Below, one piece after another: positions 56,201 to 64,000 of a DNA stretch of 64,000 nt. The stretch is from a virus. Location of the stretch: positions 1 to 64,000 of the IMG/VR virus record IMGVR_UViG_3300037851_000950. One strand, written 5' to 3'. Within the stretch, counting starts at the first letter, position 1. Each line of letters starts with the position of its first letter. Under the pieces are notes generated by a model. It searched no databases, was not told the DNA's origin, and was given only the letters and a program-made list of their open reading frames with translations. The position numbers and the translations under genes were made by a program.

Positions 56201-58011
56201 TCAATGATCAGGTTCAACTCGCAGCTCCCGGTAAATGGCAGAGAGGGCAGATTCCGATCATTCGCACATCATCATCCACAAAATGGTTTCGGGCAAAATC
56301 GTCCCTGGGAAAGGGTGACTTCAGAAGTGCCGCCGCCAATACGAACGAAGCAGTAAAGATCTTTTGGGATTATGCTGCAGAGCGCGGTAACTTCAGAACG
56401 CTCGATGACGATCGTTCTTTTCAGGATGTTGCTTACGACCAGTTTGGAGGACAGACATACGTTGAGAACGGAACGATCAATTTCAATTCACAATCGCTAA
56501 AGCAAATCGGCCTCGACCCTCAGTTAAATCTCATTGACGGGGCTCTCAATACTGACTTTGAAACCGATCTTGAGAAAGTAATCACTCTGTTCAGGAGTCA
56601 TTACATCAAAAAGACTGAGATGGACAAAGCGTTGCCTATCTATCAGATATATCGGTCCATATTCAAGTATTACGAACTGGCGCACGGGTTCAAGCAAACC
56701 AACACGATTCGAATGATGGACGAGTACGTCAACGATCTTGTGTTCAACACCAAGGTTGCTGAAGATGCTGCGTTGTCCAAAGCAATGAACGTGTCTATGC
56801 GTCTGGCCTCTATGGCCCTTATCGGTTTCAACCCGAACGTATTTCTCGGCAACACGCTTCAAATGTGGCTTGCCTCGACCACAGACGCTCTCACCAACAC
56901 GATTACCTCAGATCCCAGATTCCCGGGAGTAAAAAGCTGGGCAAAGGCAACCGGAATCATGACCGCGGCCATGAAGGACACAGCGGAAATGACAAAGCTT
57001 ACACTGTTGCGTCAGAAGTACTTGCCTGAAGATCTCTCGGTCCTTATAGGGGAGAAACACCAGAAGACTGCACGCGGTCTGATCAACGAACAGCTTGCTT
57101 ACGCTCTTGACAGAAGCATGGAGGTCGGTGTTCGTACGCATCATTTGGTCGCTCAGATGGTGAAGGACGGTACTTATGATGCTCACTACGTTACCCGTGA
57201 GAAAGGCGAGGATGGAATTGAACGCTGGGTTGTCAAATATGACAAGAACAAAGACCCTCGTTTCAGTGGTGAAGACGGTAAGCTGTTTTACGATGCTCTC
57301 AAGAAGTCGATGCGTGAAAAAGGCGAGCTTGACGCTACCGGCGAAATCACCGGCGCTTACGATTGGCATTTGCGCGAACGTCTGAAAGCTTACATCAACC
57401 AGGGCATAGGTACTTTTGACCGGGATCTTGCATCTCCCTGGGCACGTCACTCGCTCATGTTTGCAATATCCCAGTTCCGCAACTGGTTTACTCAACGCTT
57501 TCAGCGGATTACCAAACTACCCTATGATGCAGAGATCATGGGCGATTACAAGAAAGTCAATGACGAAGTTGTATGGTCGAGCGAACCGATGAAGGGTTTG
57601 CTCTGGACTCTTTCGGATATGCACTCGATTGTGAAGAAAGCTGCCAAAGGTGAATGGAAAGAAGTTTCTCAAACTGATAAACGAAATCTGACGTACATGA
57701 GCATATCAACAGGAGCGGCTCTGGTTTTGTTTGCTCTCTCTGTCGCTTTGCTTGAAGATGATGATGATGAAGACTACATACGATTCAAAGTTATTACCAG
57801 CAACAACATTGCTGACTTGATGTCTTTTGTAACTGCTGGTCCTTATGGTACAATTCTGACAAGTCCTGCTGTGTTTGCCTCTTACTTCTCCAGAGTATTT
57901 GACAACATGGGGCAAGCAATCGTTTATGGATTTGATGGAGATACCGAAGAAGCCTGGAGAAAAGCAAAAGAAGTAATACCGATTGTAAACCGTTTCCCTG
58001 AATCAGAATAA
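53197..58011 (+). CDS. Large cargo protein with ADP-ribosyltransferase-like (ART-PolyVal) and PD-(D/E)XK domains
   Basis: APNG, FKTWFGDWE, DENWEPKIFWHGT, FTT, VYPVYL, IKS; GTKYH, AGTIDLL, IYDLKT, YALQTAYY; hydrophobic C-terminus. Confidence 0.75.
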   Translation: MMACIEKYKAPNGEFSHLHAQLVDQLGSWRGDHAYLEIHDEAFKTWFGDWESEYGLRNRGNKNAGTFNRSEGPGEPVPYPSLDENWEPKIFWHGTNTDKIKSFNQEENNFTTDRESAEDYAREMALLKGGSPKVYPVYLRIRQRDLRAGHIKINGDRVIVTADARDSIKSIENDGNYSKWGKIFESSIKEEQPEMDPKKLRLKLIDSAALIQAPTGENANFYGYQGKSLDRTSTKVDKYVRYRGDESGKAYSDVGTKYHKIMELLVNGASPEHIGDLSNELVRAGFPPIDDKIEGAFIREMWYEIQELRKTGELIAEFRAARIDKGYAGTIDLLYIDKKTGKARIYDLKTAHETPWKKNPPEGTNMTKDVWSISDFNYYKAERYALQTAYYEDLISAGDTVTDRPPLQVEGIFVMPTEVKYDDQGNVALVRLLPTENVKQWSRGSGRSFYSNAVRQVKNDLENQEIAEGFKGRPTGLGDSGNFLRQALGAHIDSTEALDARATNFVERNSDEKTFTLMDEKPVAWRSDNKQDRIAQVKELFIRMDQNHAGNMTSGVETFFGGEFRNPKASSAGSMFTLKHNTVTKEGAITVTYARSYRLHSILNYSNAKNVIKLSTIKGFEQYSDVMLVHRGDGAYDLLTFTNIPHYTRFDVKNKDKNFTRKLRVDGDSIYGNHFSPYTSENLGVTLQNNFGDFTRMRLGLIALELQKENPSMNVNSIIVDYIADKSLTSPHGILLDQLTPQISHLNNIEAIKPIMPERIREVIGTARKSNLAAGDALAELNTFLQAELSEPFADKLSKQIDRFSRNEITRDELANELMNGVNGMRHYLRQKNLKSADVDQMKNLLSSDPYFMALARAWVVLKGMGFDPEKDVSDQFLGQITYWIKSPTATGRKTLDKFFDLFRQHVDNIKQEMQKFLHVKEPVFRDLVNEDPLVKRGIPVVDSHAGGSDAILAMTRSVMEPLIMTRLDKKGNKYKVPWLWAEDSPEFKRLTVAQRAAIKFFNDQVQLAAPGKWQRGQIPIIRTSSSTKWFRAKSSLGKGDFRSAAANTNEAVKIFWDYAAERGNFRTLDDDRSFQDVAYDQFGGQTYVENGTINFNSQSLKQIGLDPQLNLIDGALNTDFETDLEKVITLFRSHYIKKTEMDKALPIYQIYRSIFKYYELAHGFKQTNTIRMMDEYVNDLVFNTKVAEDAALSKAMNVSMRLASMALIGFNPNVFLGNTLQMWLASTTDALTNTITSDPRFPGVKSWAKATGIMTAAMKDTAEMTKLTLLRQKYLPEDLSVLIGEKHQKTARGLINEQLAYALDRSMEVGVRTHHLVAQMVKDGTYDAHYVTREKGEDGIERWVVKYDKNKDPRFSGEDGKLFYDALKKSMREKGELDATGEITGAYDWHLRERLKAYINQGIGTFDRDLASPWARHSLMFAISQFRNWFTQRFQRITKLPYDAEIMGDYKKVNDEVVWSSEPMKGLLWTLSDMHSIVKKAAKGEWKEVSQTDKRNLTYMSISTGAALVLFALSVALLEDDDDEDYIRFKVITSNNIADLMSFVTAGPYGTILTSPAVFASYFSRVFDNMGQAIVYGFDGDTEEAWRKAKEVIPIVNRFPESE

Positions 58012-58022
58012 ACCTAACCAGT

Positions 58023-58727
58023 ATGGCACTCGAATTATCCTCTTCATTTACTTTCTCCAAAACCGGAAAAAGCATTTTTGTAAAAGATGCGACCGGGGAG
58101 TATAACGCCACTACCAATCCTACGGGTTGGGGAACGCCTAACCAGAATCTTAACGAGAGCTGTCTGGTGTGCCTTGTGTCGCGCAAGGATAGCGGCGGAG
58201 ATCAGATCTCCGGACCGATCTCTCCCTCTGCTCATTTTGTTTACGATGCTCTGGCGACGAACGCTACTGAAAAGAGCTTCGAGATCGAGTGGATCAATGA
58301 CGGAGTTGTTGACGTGGTGCTTGTCCGGCTTCCGGTAACGCTTGATGGTACAAACTATGTCGATACCGGAGTAGTTACTGAAGGTGATTTCTACTACTAT
58401 AACGGAGACGTATATCAGTTTGTCGATAGTGTTGGAGTCCTGGTAGAAGATTGGTCTGTTTTGATTACAGAAGGTGGTCTGATCCGAGATATCTGCAACG
58501 ACGTAGCTACACCGATGCTGGCCATCAAGGCCCAGGAAATCTACAAACAATATGTTGATGAACGTGAGAAAGATCCCGACGACGCTCTGCCCATTTTGCA
58601 GGAGTTTCAGAAACTCCAGGCCGATATCCAGGGACTCTACTATACCTTCTGGTCTGGACTCACTGTCCAAGCACAAAACCAGATTGAAGATCTTCTTGAC
58701 AAATACGAGATTGTGAACAACTATTAA
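58023..58727 (+). CDS. Tail-associated structural protein
   Basis: DATGEYNATTNPTGWGTPN motif; position. Confidence 0.65.
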   Translation: MALELSSSFTFSKTGKSIFVKDATGEYNATTNPTGWGTPNQNLNESCLVCLVSRKDSGGDQISGPISPSAHFVYDALATNATEKSFEIEWINDGVVDVVLVRLPVTLDGTNYVDTGVVTEGDFYYYNGDVYQFVDSVGVLVEDWSVLITEGGLIRDICNDVATPMLAIKAQEIYKQYVDEREKDPDDALPILQEFQKLQADIQGLYYTFWSGLTVQAQNQIEDLLDKYEIVNNY

Positions 58728-58728
58728 G

Positions 58729-59565
58729 ATGAGCTGCGAGGATAAGAAATACTTTGGCAACATGATTCCTCTTACCGGCGATACCGGTCAGAAAGATGTC
58801 GTTCTTGTTGCTGGAAACGGAATTAAGATTCTGGATCTCTCTACTGCAGAGGAGTATAAATTCAAATTCTCGACTAAGCCTGTGGTGAATCTTACGACAG
58901 ATCTCATTCTGGTTGCCAAGGCTGCGGGTGTAACGAAAACTTCCCCCATTCTTAAAGGAACGGTGATTGATCGCTTTGAACTTTCCTGGTCCTATAACAA
59001 GACTGTTGTTTCTCAAACGCTTACCAATACCGGAGGTCTTACCCCACCTACGCTTGCCCCTGAAGATACCAGCGCTTTGTATACCGGGCAGAATGTAATC
59101 TCGAATATGAGTTTTACAATAGAGGGTAATGACGGAGAAGCACAACCGGGATCTATTGCATCTGATGCCGAATCAATCACATTTGGAAACTATATGTGGA
59201 TTGGTGCGGGAGCCAGCAAGATCAATGCGGCAACTTCATCGCTGGAGGCTTTTCTCGAATCTCTTACCGGCACAATCAAGACTTCGCGTTCACATACGTA
59301 CTATGCCACAGGCGGAGTAAACCAGAAGCACTTCGTTGCTTACCCTGCAGCTTGGGGTCTTGCAAACTTCTTCAAAGACCCTTTCTATGGCGGTTACGTT
59401 CGACTTAAAAACGTGGCAGGCACGCTGAAGTCTGTACTGGGAATCGGTGATGTGGAGACTTCAATTCTTATCACCAACAGCGCAGGTCATCAGGAAGCCT
59501 ACTACGTGTATGAGTCCGAATACGACAATCAAGCAGATCCCTCAACCCCATTTGTAATTGTATGA
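58729..59565 (+). CDS. Tail-associated structural protein
   Basis: Beta-rich; FVAYPAAWG...YYVYES. Confidence 0.65.
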   Translation: MSCEDKKYFGNMIPLTGDTGQKDVVLVAGNGIKILDLSTAEEYKFKFSTKPVVNLTTDLILVAKAAGVTKTSPILKGTVIDRFELSWSYNKTVVSQTLTNTGGLTPPTLAPEDTSALYTGQNVISNMSFTIEGNDGEAQPGSIASDAESITFGNYMWIGAGASKINAATSSLEAFLESLTGTIKTSRSHTYYATGGVNQKHFVAYPAAWGLANFFKDPFYGGYVRLKNVAGTLKSVLGIGDVETSILITNSAGHQEAYYVYESEYDNQADPSTPFVIV

Positions 59566-59849
59566 ACCTTTTTGCTCACGAATATGCTTTGGTTCTCTAC
59601 GGTGTGATCATTTATCAGATCGCCCAGCATCTGGCTCAGAAACTTCCTTTGAGTGAAAGAATGAATCTCATCGGAAGATCTATGATTTGGGGCGGAATGG
59701 TAGTTGTGTTTGATGATGAGATTGCTGATTCTCTACTCGAATATGGTGTAGACCTTTGGCACGATGACGGAGAAACCATTGTTTGGTATTTCTATCTGGG
59801 TATTGGATTCGCAATCGACATTATAAGGAACAAAATTACGAAGCAATGA
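59562..59849 (+). CDS. Small membrane protein (holin-like?)
   Basis: 95 aa with 2-3 hydrophobic segments. Confidence 0.5.
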   Translation: MNLFAHEYALVLYGVIIYQIAQHLAQKLPLSERMNLIGRSMIWGGMVVVFDDEIADSLLEYGVDLWHDDGETIVWYFYLGIGFAIDIIRNKITKQ

Positions 59850-62800
59850 GCTTGGAAGGTAAAATACAGATACAATCGACTCTCGTTCCGACGAACGATA
59901 ACCCGCGCATGCCGGTTACTGAGGTGAAGTACATTAAAGGTGCTCCTCAGATATTCTCTTCGATTGCAGAGCTTGTTGAATTTCATCCTAACCGGATGAT
60001 CAAAGGGATGACTGCGACCATCTCAGGATGGCCGGGCATCAACGATGTAAGTCATCTCATTCTGAAATCAGATCCAGCTTTGCTGGTTGACTCTAATGGT
60101 GATTCCATCATTACCGAAAACAACTTCAACCAGTACTGGGACATTGACGATCAGACCACGGCTTCTCAGATCCGAGTCAGACAGTATGCCCCTGATAGCG
60201 CTGGAGGAGGTGCCCCCGTGTATCCGTATACTCTTGTAGAAGAAGTGAACTGGAAGAATACTTTTGATCCTAACCAGGGTCACAAGTGGATGCGTATGCG
60301 CGATGACGACGTTGATGACAACGCAGATGGTATCTTCGATAACTGGACGGCTCCTATTGCCATTGTCAACGCATTTACTTCCGGCGATTACATCGACAAA
60401 CGCTTCAAGCGCGAAGGCACGCCGGCATCTTTCAATTCCCAGATTACATCTGAGGGTGGATTGACTGTCGACAACTATTACGTTGTTGATGAAGATGATC
60501 TGGAAGTCACCGGCAACTTGTCGCTTATTGATATTGGCGAAGTCACTACCAGCGGAACAGTTGTCCTCACGTTGGGTCGGGTATTCAAATACGTATCTGG
60601 ACTGACCTACAATTTTAACTACGGAATGGGCGCTGGTAAGCTTCGTAGGATCATCAAGACTCCTCCGCGTACGGTAACTGGCACGCCGAACAACGAGCCT
60701 TCCGGATGGTTCGATACCCCTCCTGTCGGCACAGATCAGCTCTGGGAGATCTCCGGTCAGAAATCGGTTTACGGCCAGCTCAAAAGTGACTGGCTTCTCA
60801 AGAAGGTTGTTGAAGATCCCAATTACACCCGTTACTCGAATTCACCCTCCCCCCACCCCGACACTCTTTGCGGAGTGAACGAGTCTGCAGCCACATCGTC
60901 CGCGGCCGATCTGCGCTTGGTTGCTGCAGGTTGGAACTCGGAATACACCGGCGAAGAAGCGTTCATTGCCAGGCGCACGGGTGGATCTCCGCCTTATTCT
61001 GCGTGGCTGGTAGAGAAGATCTCCGAGGAATCCGGCGAGTACGTTGACCGGGTATTCAAGCTTTTTGACATGAACCTGGATGCGGATGGCTATGTCATTG
61101 CCGCACCTACCGACAGCGATGCTACCCGCGAGGGCTGGAGTGATGCTCCTCTTCAGGAGACTGCAACTCAGATCAACTTTGTGTCTGAGGCGCGTAAGTT
61201 CTTCGATGGTACATTGAAGACTGCTTGGTCTCAACCCGTACCCTTTACCGGGAAAGATGTCTTTACCGACGTCATCGAAAGCATTCCTGCCGATAACTTT
61301 CGCTACGATGGTGCGGGCAACGTAACTCCTTCAGAAATTACACTTACGGCCAAACTCTACAAAGGAGTCACCAAGCTCTGGGAAGAATTTGGCGTTACTA
61401 TCTCGTACGCCTGGAAGATTGTCTACAACGATGGCAACATTGTTGACATTGCATCTACCAGCAATCCTGCGGATGATTTCTACACCCCGGCTGTCACTGG
61501 TTCAGGCATCGCTGATTCCGGAGGTTCGAATACTGTTATCAATGACGCTCTTGGTGACTTTGTAAGCAAAGGCGTACTGGCAGGTGACAAAATCTGGAAT
61601 GTCACGGATGGTTCTTATGCGACAGTAGTTACCGTAAACTCGGCCACCCAAATCACAACAACCGGACTTACCGGCGGAGCAGACAATACATTCTCCAGCG
61701 GAGATGTGTATTTCCTCCAGGTTGACAATTATGTCCGTGCGAATCAGGTAGCCATTATCAAGCCAGGAGCAATTACCGGCGCTGCTACCGTTCGCTGCAT
61801 ACAGACGATCACCATGACCGAAGCTTCAAACCTGGTGTTTGAGGAAGAGATTTCTCTCATCGATGTCACCGATGGAAAAGATGCCAAAGCCCTCACGATT
61901 ACTGCTGATAATTACCGGTTTCTCTACGATTCTACCGGCCTGGTCTTCTCGCCGCTGAATCTCGTTCTCCGCGCATATCATTCAAATCTGCCAGGTGTTA
62001 CCCTCTATTGGTACTACTGGAACGGTTCTGCCTGGGTACAAATCATTTCCGGGGTAAACAACTACACGATTTCCGGTAACGTGTTGAGTTCGACTGCGGC
62101 GAATCGATTCCTGGCTGACAGTTCTCATCAGGAAATTCGGTATGCGGTGTCTACTCTTGGGCCTGCGGGTAATCCGGACGCTGCGGATTATGAAGACAGC
62201 TTTTCCGATTTCCTCACCATTGCAAAACTGTCGGCCGCAAACGTGGGTGTGAATGGAGAAGACGCGTTGAATGCCACTCTTTCCAACGAAGCCCACACTG
62301 TTGTACTTGACAGCGCTACAACTGTTCCAGCCACTGGGGAAGTTGCTAAAGCAACCACTCGAATTGCTGTTTACGAGGGTAATGTCAAGCTTGACTACCA
62401 TCTGGCGGAATTCAGTATCGCACTGGGAGGCGGAGAGTCGACTTATTTTGCGGTCACTGATCCCAATGATGCTACTGGCGATGCCGTAGTATCCTTGATC
62501 GATTCTTCCTGGGTCGCAGGGGTACGTTCTTACCAAGCACATCTGGCCATAACCTACGGCGGGATAACACTCAACAAAGTGTTCTCGCTGTCTTCTACAC
62601 TGGATGCTCCTGGAGCGATAATCCTCGACATCGATTCTGATAAAGGATTTGTATTCACCCCGACCGACAAGAGTAACAAAACGCTTACCGCCAAGCTGTA
62701 CAACTCGGCCCTTTCCGGCGACCAATCCATCACTCTTCCGGGGGCATACTACTTCCAATGGGTTGTGGGTGGAGTAACTTCTGGTTGGTCAAATGCTGCG

Positions 62801-64000
62801 GGCGCTCATCAAAAAGTTGTTACTCAGGCCAACATTCTCACTTCAGCCAATGTCACGGTACGGATTTCGACTTCCGTTTCCGGTACACCTATCTATCGCG
62901 AGCGTACTATCTCTTTGTCCGACGTTATAGACGGAAGAGCTTATCGCGCATGGACGGAGACTGATCCGGGAGCAAACATACTGACTACTCAAAATCCAAC
63001 TTTGGGTACGTCTGGTAACTTTGTGGGGGGTGTTGCCAAAGCGCTTGACCCTATCACAGGTACTCAGGAATGGAGACTTCAAGGAGATAGTTACTGGAAC
63101 ACGCACAGTCCTTTGTATTCGCAAGATGCTTACGTTGACCCCAATACCGGGAATTGGGCATGGACTCCCAAGTATCGAATAAAAGGTGAACAGGGAGATC
63201 AGGGTGGGGCCGGTCACTTCCAGTACGCTATGTACAAAGCGACTTACCGCATCATGGCGTCGCAAACAACACTTGCTGCATTCGCAGCAGCTTCGGGAAG
63301 TTATACATTCACGAAAGGCAGTGTGATCTACCTCAACGCACCCGGGCCCGCTTACTACTACAACGGTGGTACAAAGACCCTTGTAGGCAGCTACGATACT
63401 ACCTTGGTGCCTCCGGATTTTGCTAATGGAAACTCCGATACTGCAACACTTGCGCAGATGATCGGAACAGGAACAGCATATGCTGACTGGTTCTCTCGCC
63501 CGCCAATATCAGGAGTTATTTGGAAAACCGAACGTCTTTGGAATGGCGAGGGAGTATCGTTTAATGTCAACGGAGATCCCGTCGGTGCTATTGAAGTAAG
63601 CGGTAGTAAGTGGGCAACTCCTGTAAAAATAACATCTCTTGACGGAAGCGGATTTAAAGGAGATGTTGGAGATGTTGGTCCAACTGGTCCTCAAGGTCCA
63701 ACAGGAGCAACCGGTCCTGCAGGTCCAGCAGGAGAAACCTTTTTTAAAGTATTGTTGAATCATGATGCCATTACAGGAGAATTAGCAACCCCTCGAATCT
63801 TTCCTTCTTTTAACCTCCAGTCGGTTTATCAATACGATTCAACTATTAATGGATGGTACAACAATACTGGTAAAAATGTATATGTAAAAGTAGAACTCAC
63901 CGTTCGCATTCGATCCATTAATAGTGGAACAAATATAATTGGAATTGCAATTCTTGATACTTATCTCAACGGTAGCTTTCAAAAACAAATACAAACAAGA
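59846..64000 (+). CDS. Tail fibre/spike protein (runs off the window)
   Basis: Not in the ORF track because it is open-ended. Starts MSLEGKIQ at an ATGA overlap; T/S/G-rich beta repeats, LSNEAH motif, in-frame collagen GXY run at ~63650-63736. Continuity was inferred from the frame match, not checked at every codon. Confidence 0.85.
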   Translation, partial: MSLEGKIQIQSTLVPTNDNPRMPVTEVKYIKGAPQIFSSIAELVEFHPNRMIKGMTATISGWPGINDVSHLILKSDPALLVDSNGDSIITENNFNQYWDIDDQTTASQIRVRQYAPDSAGGGAPVYPYTLVEEVNWKNTFDPNQGHKWMRMRDDDVDDNADGIFDNWTAPIAIVNAFTSGDYIDKRFKREGTPASFNSQITSEGGLTVDNYYVVDEDDLEVTGNLSLIDIGEVTTSGTVVLTLGRVFKYVSGLTYNFNYGMGAGKLRRIIKTPPRTVTGTPNNEPSGWFDTPPVGTDQLWEISGQKSVYGQLKSDWLLKKVVEDPNYTRYSNSPSPHPDTLCGVNESAATSSAADLRLVAAGWNSEYTGEEAFIARRTGGSPPYSAWLVEKISEESGEYVDRVFKLFDMNLDADGYVIAAPTDSDATREGWSDAPLQETATQINFVSEARKFFDGTLKTAWSQPVPFTGKDVFTDVIESIPADNFRYDGAGNVTPSEITLTAKLYKGVTKLWEEFGVTISYAWKIVYNDGNIVDIASTSNPADDFYTPAVTGSGIADSGGSNTVINDALGDFVSKGVLAGDKIWNVTDGSYATVVTVNSATQITTTGLTGGADNTFSSGDVYFLQVDNYVRANQVAIIKPGAITGAATVRCIQTITMTEASNLVFEEEISLIDVTDGKDAKALTITADNYRFLYDSTGLVFSPLNLVLRAYHSNLPGVTLYWYYWNGSAWVQIISGVNNYTISGNVLSSTAANRFLADSSHQEIRYAVSTLGPAGNPDAADYEDSFSDFLTIAKLSAANVGVNGEDALNATLSNEAHTVVLDSATTVPATGEVAKATTRIAVYEGNVKLDYHLAEFSIALGGGESTYFAVTDPNDATGDAVVSLIDSSWVAGVRSYQAHLAITYGGITLNKVFSLSSTLDAPGAIILDIDSDKGFVFTPTDKSNKTLTAKLYNSALSGDQSITLPGAYYFQWVVGGVTSGWSNAAGAHQKVVTQANILTSANVTVRISTSVSGTPIYRERTISLSDVIDGRAYRAWTETDPGANILTTQNPTLGTSGNFVGGVAKALDPITGTQEWRLQGDSYWNTHSPLYSQDAYVDPNTGNWAWTPKYRIKGEQGDQGGAGHFQYAMYKATYRIMASQTTLAAFAAASGSYTFTKGSVIYLNAPGPAYYYNGGTKTLVGSYDTTLVPPDFANGNSDTATLAQMIGTGTAYADWFSRPPISGVIWKTERLWNGEGVSFNVNGDPVGAIEVSGSKWATPVKITSLDGSGFKGDVGDVGPTGPQGPTGATGPAGPAGETFFKVLLNHDAITGELATPRIFPSFNLQSVYQYDSTINGWYNNTGKNVYVKVELTVRIRSINSGTNIIGIAILDTYLNGSFQKQIQTR

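Noticed and set aside
16522-58763. Numerous long minus-strand ORFs (e.g. 21349-22500, 26049-27137, 42302-43336)
   Set aside because: Antisense shadows of well-supported plus-strand genes, with no motifs.
13975-64000. Stop-codon reassignment, introns or inteins, as seen in some crAss-like phages
   Set aside because: Late genes are long and uninterrupted in code 11; TAA, TGA and TAG all end genes; no intein or homing-endonuclease motifs were noticed in TerL or PolB.

Overview
A 64-kb segment of a crAss-like (Crassvirales-type) phage that probably infects a Bacteroidota host. Host evidence: TAnnTTTG -7 promoter boxes, A/C-rich leaders without Shine-Dalgarno sites, and Bacteroidota-like ClpS and MerR genes. 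It uses the standard genetic code. Positions 1-13350 are minus-strand early/replication genes: PolB (truncated by the window edge), a GH73 glucosaminidase, ClpS, MerR, a WGR-domain DNA ligase and many small ORFs. After a strand switch carrying three 20-bp palindromic repeats, 13850-64000 is the plus-strand late module: RepL-like protein, PD-(D/E)XK nuclease, terminase, portal, major capsid protein, ring/muzzle proteins, injected cargo proteins, a 4420-aa virion RNA polymerase polyprotein, an ART+nuclease cargo protein and a tail fibre. The most notable part is the non-coding content of the early region. (i) A tmRNA with its own promoter and an unusually long tag (about 34 aa). (ii) Directly downstream, a DIP1984/septicolysin-like coiled-coil gene followed by a ~350-nt closed structured RNA that contains a circularly permuted, YrlA-like tRNA mimic and an array of ~7-nt AAAG repeats; this is the best candidate for an undescribed RNP system. 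(iii) A canonical type III hammerhead ribozyme at the 3' end of another structured RNA. (iv) Three more unexplained structured intergenic elements. All calls come from reading the sequence by eye; no searches or folding programs were run.
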